Assembly: GCA_030390025.1 (NCBI GenBank) | Contig: CM059432.1 | Coordinates: 117,988,001-118,052,000, forward strand | Direction of reading: 5' to 3' | DNA from: Squalus acanthias | Lineage: Eukaryota | DNA length: 64,000 nucleotides | In this document: positions 36,809-48,058 of the stretch, piece by piece | Position numbering within the stretch: the first letter of the stretch is position 1 | Layout: each line of letters opens with the position of its first letter | Program-made: the position numbers and the translations under genes | Notes under the pieces: model-generated | The model's input: the letters and a program-made list of their open reading frames with translations, nothing else | Databases searched by the model: none | What the model was told of the DNA's origin: nothing

Positions 36809-38579
36809 TCTTCACAAAGGAGGACTGGCCTAGAAATCCAATAGTGCAGTAAAATGTGCACTGTGGGGGTAAGGCGCTAATAACCTGTGCTGCTTGTTAG
36901 TAGTGCAGGCAGCACGTGAAATCCATGATGCCTGCTAATCTTAGTCATCTATGTGTGCAGCTAGTGCTACCCACCGATCATTGGCTGTCGGGGGCTCCAA
37001 TAACAGAAAGAACCCACACTATTTAAAGGCAGCCCGCACCTCTTAAAGGGGAGGTGGATTGTGGACTGCAAAACGTGCTGTGAGGAAATGCTGTGAGAAA
37101 GACTGAACTGGCTGAAGCTGGGAGTGCGCGGGCACCATGGTTCTCCCATACTGCACTGGAGGCCTTGGTGCAGGAAGTGGAGAGGAGGAGGGACATTCTT
37201 TATCCCCCAATGAGCAGGAAGCTCTCCAGATGGATGATAAGTAGTATTGGGAGGAAATCGCCAACAAGGTCAATGCCAATCATTGCTCCCAAACCGTGGA
37301 TGCAGTGCCGCAAGAAGTTCAATGATTTTACTAGAGTTGTCAAGGTAAGACCACTGTTCAGATACCTTCTTATCACAGATGAACCACCCAAAGCCACATT
37401 CATTGTAGCACTCACACCAATCCCCTCGCCCAGCATCATGCACGCTGCTCCGATCAGCACAGCACACTTCACAATATTCTTTACCTCATCCTCACACACT
37501 CAGCACCATTACAAACTTCACACCTGCAGCTCACATACAAATTGGCAGCTATTCATGACAGCCACATTCCCCAATCACCTTGCAAGACTCTCACTAACAC
37601 ACTTCCCTCTTGCAGGAGAAGGTGGCGCATAACACCAGGCAGCAGGCTGCCACCAGTGGGGGACCAGTGTGATAATACACCATGTCCCCCATTGATGGGA
37701 CGGTGCTGGCAGTGATGGGAGGGGGCAGAGTGGAGGCCTTGGCCACTGGTGATGCTGGAGGATGTGCTGAGCAGGGTTTCTTTATACCTAATCCTCCTTC
37801 TCTCTTCTGACTTCACCCCACACACCCTGCATGGCATGCTGCAGATGCTTCCAACACACACTTCATCCTCTCTGCTCTCCCTCACACCACAACCTAACCC
37901 TTCTGCCATTTTTATTTCAGCTCCTCAGAATGTGGAAGCCCCGCAGCTAGTGGAGGAAGAGGACCAATGTGATCATCGTCACTTGATCTCACTCCCACAA
38001 CTGCCAGCTCAGATACTGACATCACATTGAACTTAGAGGTTAGGTTAGATGAGGAATCTGCCCGGATATGATACACTGGGCACAAGTGCGCAGGAGCCAG
38101 GGCAGAGGCATAGGATAGCACTGGTGCCAACTCTCCGGAGGGTGAGGTCGCGCACTAGTTCTGCTGCAGAGGACTCAGATGCAAACATCGATGGACCAGG
38201 CTACAGAAGAAGGCTAATGTGCATACACTGGAAAAAGCTTGGTGCACTGGGCAGCCTGCCGGAGACCTGGGCATGTTGTGAAGTATGGAGGAGTCCACCT
38301 CCAACTTGATGCAAGACTTTGCGCAGAGCATGGAGCCCATTCTTTCCAACATGGTACGAGTGGTCAGCTCCATCAGCAATGCAGTGGAACCCACCATGAT
38401 GGAGCATCTCTTGATGAATCTGACAGCTTCCATCACCGCACAAACTACTGCCATGAAAGCTCATATGGTTCCCATCTTGGCTCTGGGGGCCACTGTTGAA
38501 AGGGGCTTCCAGGGCATCACATCAGTCCAGCAATCTATTCTCAAGCAGAGCACTAGGAGTGCTGAGGCACCGACACCTC

Positions 38580-40480
38580 AGACTGAACAGGAGGTGGGTC
38601 TCATGGACAAGATGAGCGCGGAGAGGTCATGAGGGGAGATCGGAGAGAAACTGGGAAAGACGTGAGTTCAGGGCTAGGGCAGGGGGGAACCTTAGAGGAT
38701 GTTTGGCCCAGTGGGCTAGGGGAAGGAAGGGAAGTGGCAGAGGCAGCTGAATGGATGGTCTCAATCTTAGAGGCAAAGAAGTCCATGAGCTCCTCACACT
38801 TGTTGTCAGAGGTGAGGGTTAAGGAGACAGGGGAGAGGGGTTTAAGAAGACGGTTAGCAGTGGAGAATAGAGGCCGGGGTTTATCTTTGCATTCCAGAAT
38901 GATTCTGGAAGAGTGAACAATTTTGGCAGACGAGAGCAGGACCCGATAATGCTTTATGTGGTCCAGCCAGATCTGGTGGTGAATGGCTAAACCAGTTGTC
39001 CTCCATATCCGTTAAAGTCTGCGTCCCTTGGAGTTAAGGGAGCAAAGATGTGGGTCGTACCAGGGGGAATGGCCAGGGTGAGAGAGAGTAAGGGGTAGAA
39101 ATTAGGTCACGCCCCATTTGGGGCGCAAATATCGTCTGGACGCAAATATTAGCGCCTGGCGCTAATTATCGGCACTGACTGGAAACTTCACTTTTACCGC
39201 CCCGGGAGGTGAGTGGAGCGCTAAAGCAGGCGCTGCACACCTGTCTTAAGGCGCAAAGGCCAAGGAGTGAGGCGCTACCTCAGAGCGCTGGTGAAGCTCA
39301 TGTAATGTCAGTCAGCAATGGAACACACACACAATGGCACGGGCCAGTTCTTAAAGGGGATGGTTAATCTTGCTTTCCATCCACATCCTGTTCATTGCAG
39401 CCTTGAATCTCGGCCTGGAGAGACTTGCACATCAAATGTGCTGGAAAGAACAATGGAGAGTACCAGGCAAAGAGCTCAGAGTGCAGCTCCCAGAGTCTCT
39501 GCTAAATCGATACAAGGAATGGCAAATCAAAATGAACCTGCAAAGTGCTGCTCAGTACCCAAAACTCCTTCCCACAACGTTGAATCTCTCCAGAAGTCTC
39601 TCCCTCTCTCTCTCAGAATGCGTAGTTCAAAAATGCCACCAACAATAAAAGACAGGAAGAGGCCCCCTTTAAATAGCGCCCCCCCCAGCCCCACAGCGAT
39701 TGATAGCGTTCCAGTCTTCTGGTCGTTGGATGCGCCAGGCGGTAAGGCAGGGGGCGCCACTCAATTTCCGCTCCGGGGCGCCACAAGGGCGTTGCACCAT
39801 GGAATGACGTCACAATCTGCGCGCGCAGGTGGTCGCAGCGGTAAATTTTAGCGCCGCCGCACAATCTCAAGTTAAGTTCTCGAGCGGCGCAAACATCGCT
39901 GCGCCCGGGCGTTAGCGGCTTTGCGCCCCATTAGCGCCCTCTTAAGGCGCTAACGGGAGGCGCAACCAACTGAATTTTTACCCCTAATTGTTTTAATAGG
40001 GACTAGGGCATCAAAAGTAAGTGGTGAGGGTGTAGTTGAGCAGATCGGTAGCTGCAGAAATGTCGTGGTAAATGGAGGTGCAAAGGCTGGACAGTTAAGA
40101 TTTCATAAGTGCAGTTGTATGAGAGTTGGGAGACAGTTGTTTCCAGGGGCAGACACAGAAGGAAGTTGGGTTTGAGTGGAGTGGAAGGGGGACGTGAGTG
40201 GCGAGCGATACAAGGAAGTGGCCTTATCTGCAACTGACACGATGGGAGTAGCGAGGCACGAGAGATGGCAAGGTCGAGGGGGTGGCCGTGAATATGGGTT
40301 GGGGAGTTTACATGGAGGGAGAGATGAAGGGAGGATAGAAGGTTAGTGAACTCAGAGGAGAGAGAGCATGATGAATTGAGATGGAGGTTGAAATCACCAA
40401 GGATGAGAAGTCATTCAGTGCAGAGGCTGAGGAAGGAAAGCAGTGAAAATATCTCGGTGACAAAATTTTTATGGTACTTG
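38580..40480 (-). mobile_element. L2-like LINE endonuclease/linker fragment split by a MITE
   Basis: ILGDFNLH and PTHIHGHPLDL motifs, and FFASKIETI. Confidence 0.7.
39092..39984. mobile_element. Non-autonomous Harbinger (893 bp)
   Basis: TIR GGGGTA(G/A)AAATT, TAA TSD. Both ends closely match the ends of 29678-33870, inverted. Confidence 0.92.
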
Positions 40481-40939
40481 ATTATAATTGCTCAACCATT
40501 GGTGGCCATGCCTTCTGATGCCTAGGCCCTAAGCTCTGGAACCCCCTGCCTAAATCTCTCTGCCTCTCTACCTCTCTTTCCTTCTTTAGGACGCTTCTTA
40601 AAACCTACCTCTTTGACCAAGTTTTTGGTCATCTGCCCTAATTTCTCCTTATGTGGCTCGGTGTCAAATTTTTTGTCTTATAATACTCCTGTGAAGCGCC
40701 TTGGGACGTTTTACTAAATTAAAGGTGCTATGTAAATATAAGTTGTTGTTGGTGGTGCTGCTGCTCTCTGTCAATAGGGAAGGAGATGTAAGTGTTTCTG
40801 ATGTAGAGAGCCTCGGTGACCTCCCTGATACGTTGGTGCACCGCGACTGTGAGATGTTGCAGCTGTCACCTGTTACAGCCTGAAAGGAGCCCATGGCATA
40901 AAAGTTCAGTGTGACGATGACCTTGACAGCCACAGGCTG

Positions 40940-43420
40940 TGTAATGAGAAAGGGCGAATCAATAATCTTGTGGTAAAGGGGCCTTTAGGTATAAGTGACC
41001 ATAATATGATTGAATTTTACATTAAGTTTGAGAGTGATGTAGTTCAATCTGAAACTAAGGTCTTCAAACTAAACAGAGGAAACTACAAGGGTATGAGGGA
41101 CACGTTTGCCATGGTAGATTGGGAGACTACACTAAAAGGTATGAAGGTGGACATACAATGGCTAACATTCAGGGAAATAATGCATAATTTGCAACAAACA
41201 TATATTCCTCTAGGGCAAAAAAAACCAAAAGGAAAAGTAATCCAACCATGGCTAACAAAAGAAATTAAAGCTAGCATTAAGTCAAGAGGAGGAAGCTTAT
41301 AAAGTTGCCAGAAAAAGCGGTCAGCCTGAGGATTGGGATCTTTTTAGAAATCAGGCAAAGGGGGACCAAGAAATTGATAAAGAAAGGGAAAATGGAATAT
41401 GAGCACAAACTAGCGAAAAATATAAAAACAGATTGTAAAAGCTTCTATAGGTATGTGAAAACGAAAAGACTGGCGAAGGTAAATGTAGGTCCTTTACAGT
41501 CAGAGACGGGAGAATTTATAATGGGGAATGAGGAAATAGCTGAGAAATTAAATAAATACTTTGGGGGAGAAATTCAGTATCGCCCCATTTGGGGCGCAAT
41601 TATCGGCCGGGCGCAAAGATTAGCGCCTGGCGCTAATTATCGCCACCGACTGCAAACTTGACTTTTATCGCCCCTGGAGGTGATTGGAGCGCTAAATCAA
41701 TCGCTTCACACCTGTCTTAAGGCGCAAAGGCCGAGGAGCGAGGTGCTACCTAAGAGCGCTGGCGAAGCTCATGTAATGTCAGTCAGCAATGGAACACACA
41801 CACAATGGCACGGGCCAGTTCTTAAAGGGAAGGGTTGATCTGGCTTTCCATCCACATCCTGCTCATTGCAGCCTTGAATCTCGGCCTGGAGAGACCTGCA
41901 CATCAAATCTGCTGGAAAGAACAATGGAGAGTACCAGGGAAAGAGCTCAGAGTGCAGCCCCCACAGTCTCTTCTAAATCGATACAAGGAATGGCAAATCA
42001 AAATGAACCTGCAAAGTGCTGCTGAGTACCCAAAACTCATTCACACAACGTTGAATCTCTCCAGAAGTCTCTCTCTCTCTCTCTCTCAGAATGCGTAGTT
42101 AAAAAATGGCACCAACAGTAAAAGGCAGGAAGCGGTCACCTTTAAATAGCGCTCCCCCTTTCCCTTCATGACTGCAGAACGCTCCCCTCAACCTGTCCTT
42201 GCTAGCGTCAGGCGGTAAGGCAGGGGGCGCCACTCAATATCCGCTCCGGGGCGATACCGGGGCGTTGCGCACTCGACTGACGTCACGATTTGCCAGCGCA
42301 GGAGATCGTGGCGGTAGTGTTTAGTGCCGCCGCAAAATGTCTAGTTAATTTTGCGAGCGGCGCAAACTTCGCCGCGCCTGGGCGCTAGATGCTTTGCGCC
42401 CCATTAGCGCCCTCTTAAGGCGCTAATGGGAGGCGCAACCAACTGAATTTTCCCCCCTTTGTTTCTGTCTTCATGGAGGAAGACACAAAAAACCTCCCAG
42501 AAATACGAGAAAATCAAGGGTGTGACGAGAATGAGGAACTTAAAGAAATTATTATTAGTAAAGTAAACAGTACTAGCAAAATTAATGGGACTAAAAGTCG
42601 ATAAGTCCCAAGGACCGGATGATCTACATCCTAGGGTTTTGAAAGAGGTGGCCATTGGATTAGTGGACGCATTGGTTGTCATCTTCCAAAATTCTATAGA
42701 TTCTGGAACGGTTCCTGCAGATTGGAGGATAGCAAATGTAACCCCGCTATTTAAGAAAGGAGGGAGAAAGAAAATGGGGAACTACAGACCTGTTAGCCTC
42801 ACATCAGTAGTTCGGAAAATGCTGGAATCTATTATAAAGGATGCAATAACTGGGCACTTAGAAACTAATAGTAAGATTGGGCAGAGTCAACATGGATTTA
42901 TGAAAGGGAAATTCCTGTTTGACAAACCTATTGGAGTTCTTTGAGGATGTAACTAGTGGAGTAGACAAAGGGGAACCGGTAGATGTGGTGTATCTGGATT
43001 TTCAGAAGGCCTTCGATAAGGTCCCACACAAGAGGTTGGTGAACAAAATTAGGGCACATGGAATTGGGGGTAATATACTAGCATGGATTGAGAATTGATT
43101 AACAGACCGAAAACAAAGAGTAGGGATAAACGTGTCTTTTTCAGGATGGCAGGCTATGACTAGTGGGATACTGCAAGGATCGGTGCTTGGGCCCCAGCTA
43201 TTCACAATCTATATCAATGATTTGGAAGCGGGGACTAAAAGTAACATTTCCAAATTTGCTGATGATACAAAGCTAAGTGGCAGTGTCAGTTGCGAAGAGG
43301 ATGTGAAGAGGCTTCAAGGGGATCTCGACAGGCTCAGTGAGTGGGCGAGAACATTGCAGATGGAATATAATGTGGATAAATGTGAAGTTATCCACTTTGG
43401 TAGAAAAAAAAGAAAGGCAG
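40940..43420 (+). mobile_element. CR1 LINE ORF2 fragment split by a MITE
   Basis: LGISDHN, NYRPVSLTS, SQHGF, KAFDKVPH and FADDTKL motifs. Confidence 0.9.
41563..42457. mobile_element. Non-autonomous Harbinger (895 bp)
   Basis: TIR GGGGG(A/G)(G/A)AAATTCAGT, TTT TSD. Removing it restores CR1 NKYFVSVF. Confidence 0.92.
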
Positions 43421-43752
43421 ATCAATCTCTGTCTTGAATATACTCAACGACTGAGCCTCCACAACCCTCTGGGGTAGAGAATTCCAAAGATTCACAACCC
43501 TTTGAGTGATGAAATTTCTCCTCATCTCAGTCCTAAATGGACGACCCCTTATTCTGAGACTGTAACCCTTAGCTCTAGACTCCCCAGCCAGGGGAAACTT
43601 CCTCCCTGTCAAGCCCCTTAAGAATTTTATATGTTTCAATGAGATCACCTCTCATTCTTCTAAACTCTAGGGAATATAGGCCTAGTCTACTCAATCTCTC
43701 CGCATAGGACAATCTCCCCATCCCAGGAATCAGTCTAGTTAAACCTCTCTCT
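43421..43752 (-). mobile_element. CR1 3' fragment in opposite orientation
   Basis: RRMRGDLIETYKI and VVNLWNSLP motifs. Confidence 0.8.
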
Positions 43753-44828
43753 ACGTAGAGAAAGTGAAGAGTGGTAGAACACAGCCAAGAATGAGTAGAA
43801 GTGAAACAGTAGTCAACCAACAACTAACCTGTAAGAATTACATGATCTCTTTTAATATCTCTTGGGAGTGGGCCTTCATGCTGGATTGCATCCTGTTGTG
43901 CTGAGCAAGGTCAGCATATGGCATCAAATCAGCTGAGGTGATCCAAAATTGTGAGCGCGTCCTGCACACAGCAGATGACTCTCATCTGATTAAATTAATT
44001 TACCTTTAAATGCTACCGGCATGGAATCGAAACATGAGCACCACCTCCTGTACCAAAATGTCAAGCAGTACACTTCCAATTGGAAGTGTGCACGCACATC
44101 GATCCCACCATTTTTGGTCCTTAGGTGGTCGGGTAGCGCCTGAAAAAGTATACTACACAGCCCAATTTCTAGGCCATTGTGCACAAATTCCTGACCAGTC
44201 AAATTGGCTTGAGACTGTATCAGATATGTAGAAGTTCGGTGTCATGAAGAAAATCACAAAGTGAAGAGGCAATATTCTGATGTGGGTGTATTAAGACATT
44301 TAATAAATAGATGTAAACGAGTTTGACTACCAACCAAGTGGAAATGCTAAAAATTCCAATATATACCCAACAGCTTGGGTTCTTACTAATCTTTTCAAAA
44401 GGCCATTGATGCAATGACTCAAAGAAGACAGACATGGATGATTCTGTGACTTAAGATTCTTAAGTGAGAAGAGAAGCTCACAAAATTGAACTTATTGGCG
44501 ATGTTGGAAAGAAGATGAAGCATGGTTGTAATTCAAATCTTTAACAGACTGAAAGAGATGGATGATCTCAATATAAGCAGGTTATTGGACTTACATTGTG
44601 GGTGAAGAGCTATAATGGTATAAATAGAAAATTGATAGGCTTGAAGCAAGACTAGATATAAGAGATTTTTCCTCATACAGAATACAGAATATGTGAATCA
44701 TAGGGCCGGATCTTGCTGGAATTATAACGGCATGTTAACGACGCATGCCATTATTAGTTTGCAAAGCATCCAGAAAGTTCAGGGGATTAAGAGATACATC
44801 GTGAGTTGTGAATTGCCAGGACTTGCTG

Positions 44829-46113
44829 TGTGAAGGAATAAGCCAGATTCAGAAAAATACACCATTCCATGAAAGAATTCTAGCCTTATTAAAACATGAC
44901 AAACTAGGTCTGGAAATCTAGAAACCTGGCTATGAAAAGCTGTATTGTTAACAGCATTCAGGCTATTGAGATAAGATAAGTTGTTGACACTGAATCAATA
45001 ACCTTATTGAAACAAAAGGTTGGAAGCTCCTGAAGTCTGAAGCTTTGGAAATAACGCAATGGTACACACTGTAAAGGTGTCGTAAATTACACTTCAGAAA
45101 GAAACACAGAAAATTAAGAAACATATGCCTTCGTAAAAATGACATCAAATGAAAACCAGGAGACACAATTCTGTGTTGCAAACAGCTGAGGGAACTAAGA
45201 ATTGCATAGATCACCCTGGTTGAGGCGTTTTAATTTACACGTCGTAAAAAGACACAAACAGAAGACCTTGGTAAGAATGACATCAAATAGATGCACCTGC
45301 TGTTACATCGTTTTTATGGTGAGCTTCGAACACTGAGGGTAGAGACATAATGCTTAATGCTACCAGCTGAACTGACTGTAAGAATAGCAGGGGTCAGCAG
45401 AAAAATGACCAGAGATAATTAGCTTACATCAGCAGAAAACTTCAAAGGGCATACCACTGAAAAAGGATACAAATATTGAACTTTTAAATGGGATGATAGT
45501 CTCACTGTAAATTGGCAAAGCGATTCTTAGGCTTCAGAGGCAAGCTCTGTAAGTCTACAACTCTTTGTACGTCGGGGATCAAGGTATTGTACTGTATTTG
45601 ATTTTGGTGGATATCCTGGAATAAGACGAAGAACTGTAAAAATGTAACAAAGTTAAGATTTGAGAATAAGGATCTCTGATAATAGAATTGTAAGATTTCT
45701 GTTTTTGGAACTGTTAATGTTGCGATTGAATCACCAACTGCAATTACATGTCGGTTCTTTAATAAATCTAAATATTTTTAGAATTGTCTCACATAATACT
45801 TCTGTATCAAACTCGCAAACTCAATCTCTGTACGCTCTTTGGTGAGGAGTTGCAGAATTCTGGGGGAGTTATCCGGACCCTCATAATATCCAGAACGTTA
45901 CAGTCTAGCTAAACTTATTAAACGTGCTATCTGGAGGATGGTAACATCTTCAGGTTGTTCCTTTCCTTTAGGGAGAGATAGTCTGGACCTTTAGACCCAA
46001 TTAAGCGTCTTCAGGATTCGGCTACCTCAAACTTTAGTTGAAAGTGAACGTCTGGGGAATATGCCTGATCCGGGGTAGCTCTAAATGGGCTAGGACTAGA
46101 AATTATCCCTTCA
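44829..46113 (+). mobile_element. Solo LTR, family B, copy 3
   Basis: TGTGAAGG...CCCTTCA ends, GCTG TSD. Confidence 0.9.
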
Positions 46114-46496
46114 GCTGGTCACACAAACGGCATCTTACCTGTAGCCTTCCCATTATTTTTAAGAACTTGCTGGATTTACACATTCATTGTCACAGAAAGT
46201 TAAGTCTGGTAAGGGGGCGATTCTCCCATTGGAGGCGGGTTGGAGGCGGGTTTCAGTTTGGGTGGGTTCCAAACCCGCCTCCACTGTCAGGTAGGAAATA
46301 TTTACGATTTTCCCCTAATTGGCCAATTAATTCCAGAGGTGTGGGTTCCCCTGGGCCAATTAGTCTTTTGGGATTGTAATTCGCCTCTGCTGACGTCACT
46401 TATCCAGCTTCATTTAAGGGCTGCTTGCTGCCTTGGCTCATTTCACTGGTTTTTGGTCGATGCTGCACCACCTCCAAACTTTTATCGCATTGAAGA

Positions 46497-47808
46497 ATGG
46501 CCAGCTCCAAGGCAAGGGCCTCCCCGAGGTTCTCGGATGAGGCGCTGGGTATCCTGGTTGAGGGGGCGAGAGCTCGCAGGGAGGTGCTCTTTCCCTCATT
46601 TGGGAGGAAGCAGCCTCCCAAAGAAACCAAGGCTGTGTGGGTCCAGCTGGCAAGGCATATAACCTCCAGATCTGTGTGCAGCAGGACATGGCTGCAGTGC
46701 TGTAAAAGGTTCACTGACCTTGTAAGATCAGGCAAAGTGAGTATACCATCAGCTTGACCCTCCTCCTGCTCCCCTTCTCCTCTCATCACCAGCACTCTGC
46801 ACTGTCAACCTCCTCCTACACATCCCACTTTACCCTTACAACCCTTGCACCCTTCACCATCCCTCTCACTCTATGAACCTAATCACTTCACTATTCGACT
46901 ATGCTGCCCTCACACTCCCTTTCAATGTTATGCAATGATAACGACTAACAACTCAGAGGGAGGGCCCTTGGACATGGAACCTCACTCCATCTTTGTCTCC
47001 TTCTAAGCATCTATGCTGTCGACTCTCTACACTCACTCCATCATTCTCACTCCAACTCCACTTGTCTCCCTCACTGCAGGAAAAGTGAGCCCACAATAGA
47101 AGGGAAAGGGCGAAGACAGGAGGAGGCCACCTTCCCTCGCCTTTCTCACCCAGGCTGAAGAGGCAGCCCTGGACATCGCCGGCGCAGAGGTGGAGGTGGA
47201 AGTGGGGGACGGACAGACGGGCGATGCAGACCAAACTGGTGACAGAATAGGTTTGCGTCTCTCTCATTTACACTGCTTGAGTGACTGAAATGGCTGCTGG
47301 TGTACATTAATAGAATGCCACTTGAGCAGCTGCACTATTGCATGTGCATGCCACACTTCCGTGAAATGTCTAACCCATGCCTTTACTCCCCCACAGGACC
47401 ATACATAGAGGCCCCCCACCCCCCACTGTCGATGAGGAAGAGGCTGAGCAGCAAGACTCCTCAGGGGAACCTGCAACCTCTGAGGATGCAGCGTCAGCAG
47501 ATGTAAGCGCACTCAGCACCAGCGCAGATACACCTCGGTGGGACCTTCGGGACATAGAGTAGTGTTGTCACCGTATGTATCACAGCTCACAGGTGGGCAT
47601 CAGCAGGTGGTGGAGACAGGGACAGCAGTGGAGTCCTTGTCGGAGGTCGCAGGACTCTCCTAGCATTGCTCCGCTGCATGTGGACCCTGTGCCTCTGGGT
47701 CCACCAGAAGGAGACCAGTGCTGGAACTCCAGGGGCCTCCACTTCTGCTGAAGCCACAGGGGGAGCACCACGTAGGAGCAGGCTTAAGAGAAAGATAAAG
47801 CACAATTA
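46497..47808 (+). pseudogene. Myb/SANT partner gene, multi-exon, partly deleted
   Basis: PRFSDEAL...WVQLA...RTWLQCCKRFTDL, with a gtgagt donor at ~46737. The 3' boundary is approximate. Confidence 0.7.
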
Positions 47809-48058
47809 GTCACACGGGTAGGCACTTGGGTGATTGTTTCTGTTTATTGATGAAATGCCATCCCTGTGTTAAAATGAGGTGATGGCAAACTGTTGGCTTG
47901 ATGGCATCTGTTATTTCGGCTTAGGCAGCTCCACATTGCGGGCTCCGCGACATGTGCGTGGTCAGGTTGGTGGTCCGAGTGAAAGGAGGTCAGAGGGTCA
48001 TGTCCATTGTCTATCATGTGTTAAGAAGGAGCCAAGTACATGTGCCACAATGGGCAAC

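Larger units (their letters stand above)
36827..44175. mobile_element. Decayed Harbinger with nested L2, CR1 and two non-autonomous Harbingers
   Basis: TIR GGCCTAGAAAT at both ends (flanks act / att). Myb remnant on plus ~37093-38580, transposase remnant on minus ~40760-40940. Confidence 0.7.

Noticed and set aside
39318..39851. ORF MEHTHNG... repeated in three MITE copies
   Set aside because: Length varies (177, 78 and 126 aa) and the similarity is explained by recent copying.
27275..46113. Family-B LTR pairs as the ends of one large provirus
   Set aside because: Each copy has its own matching TSD, and there is no PBS or internal gag/pol between them.
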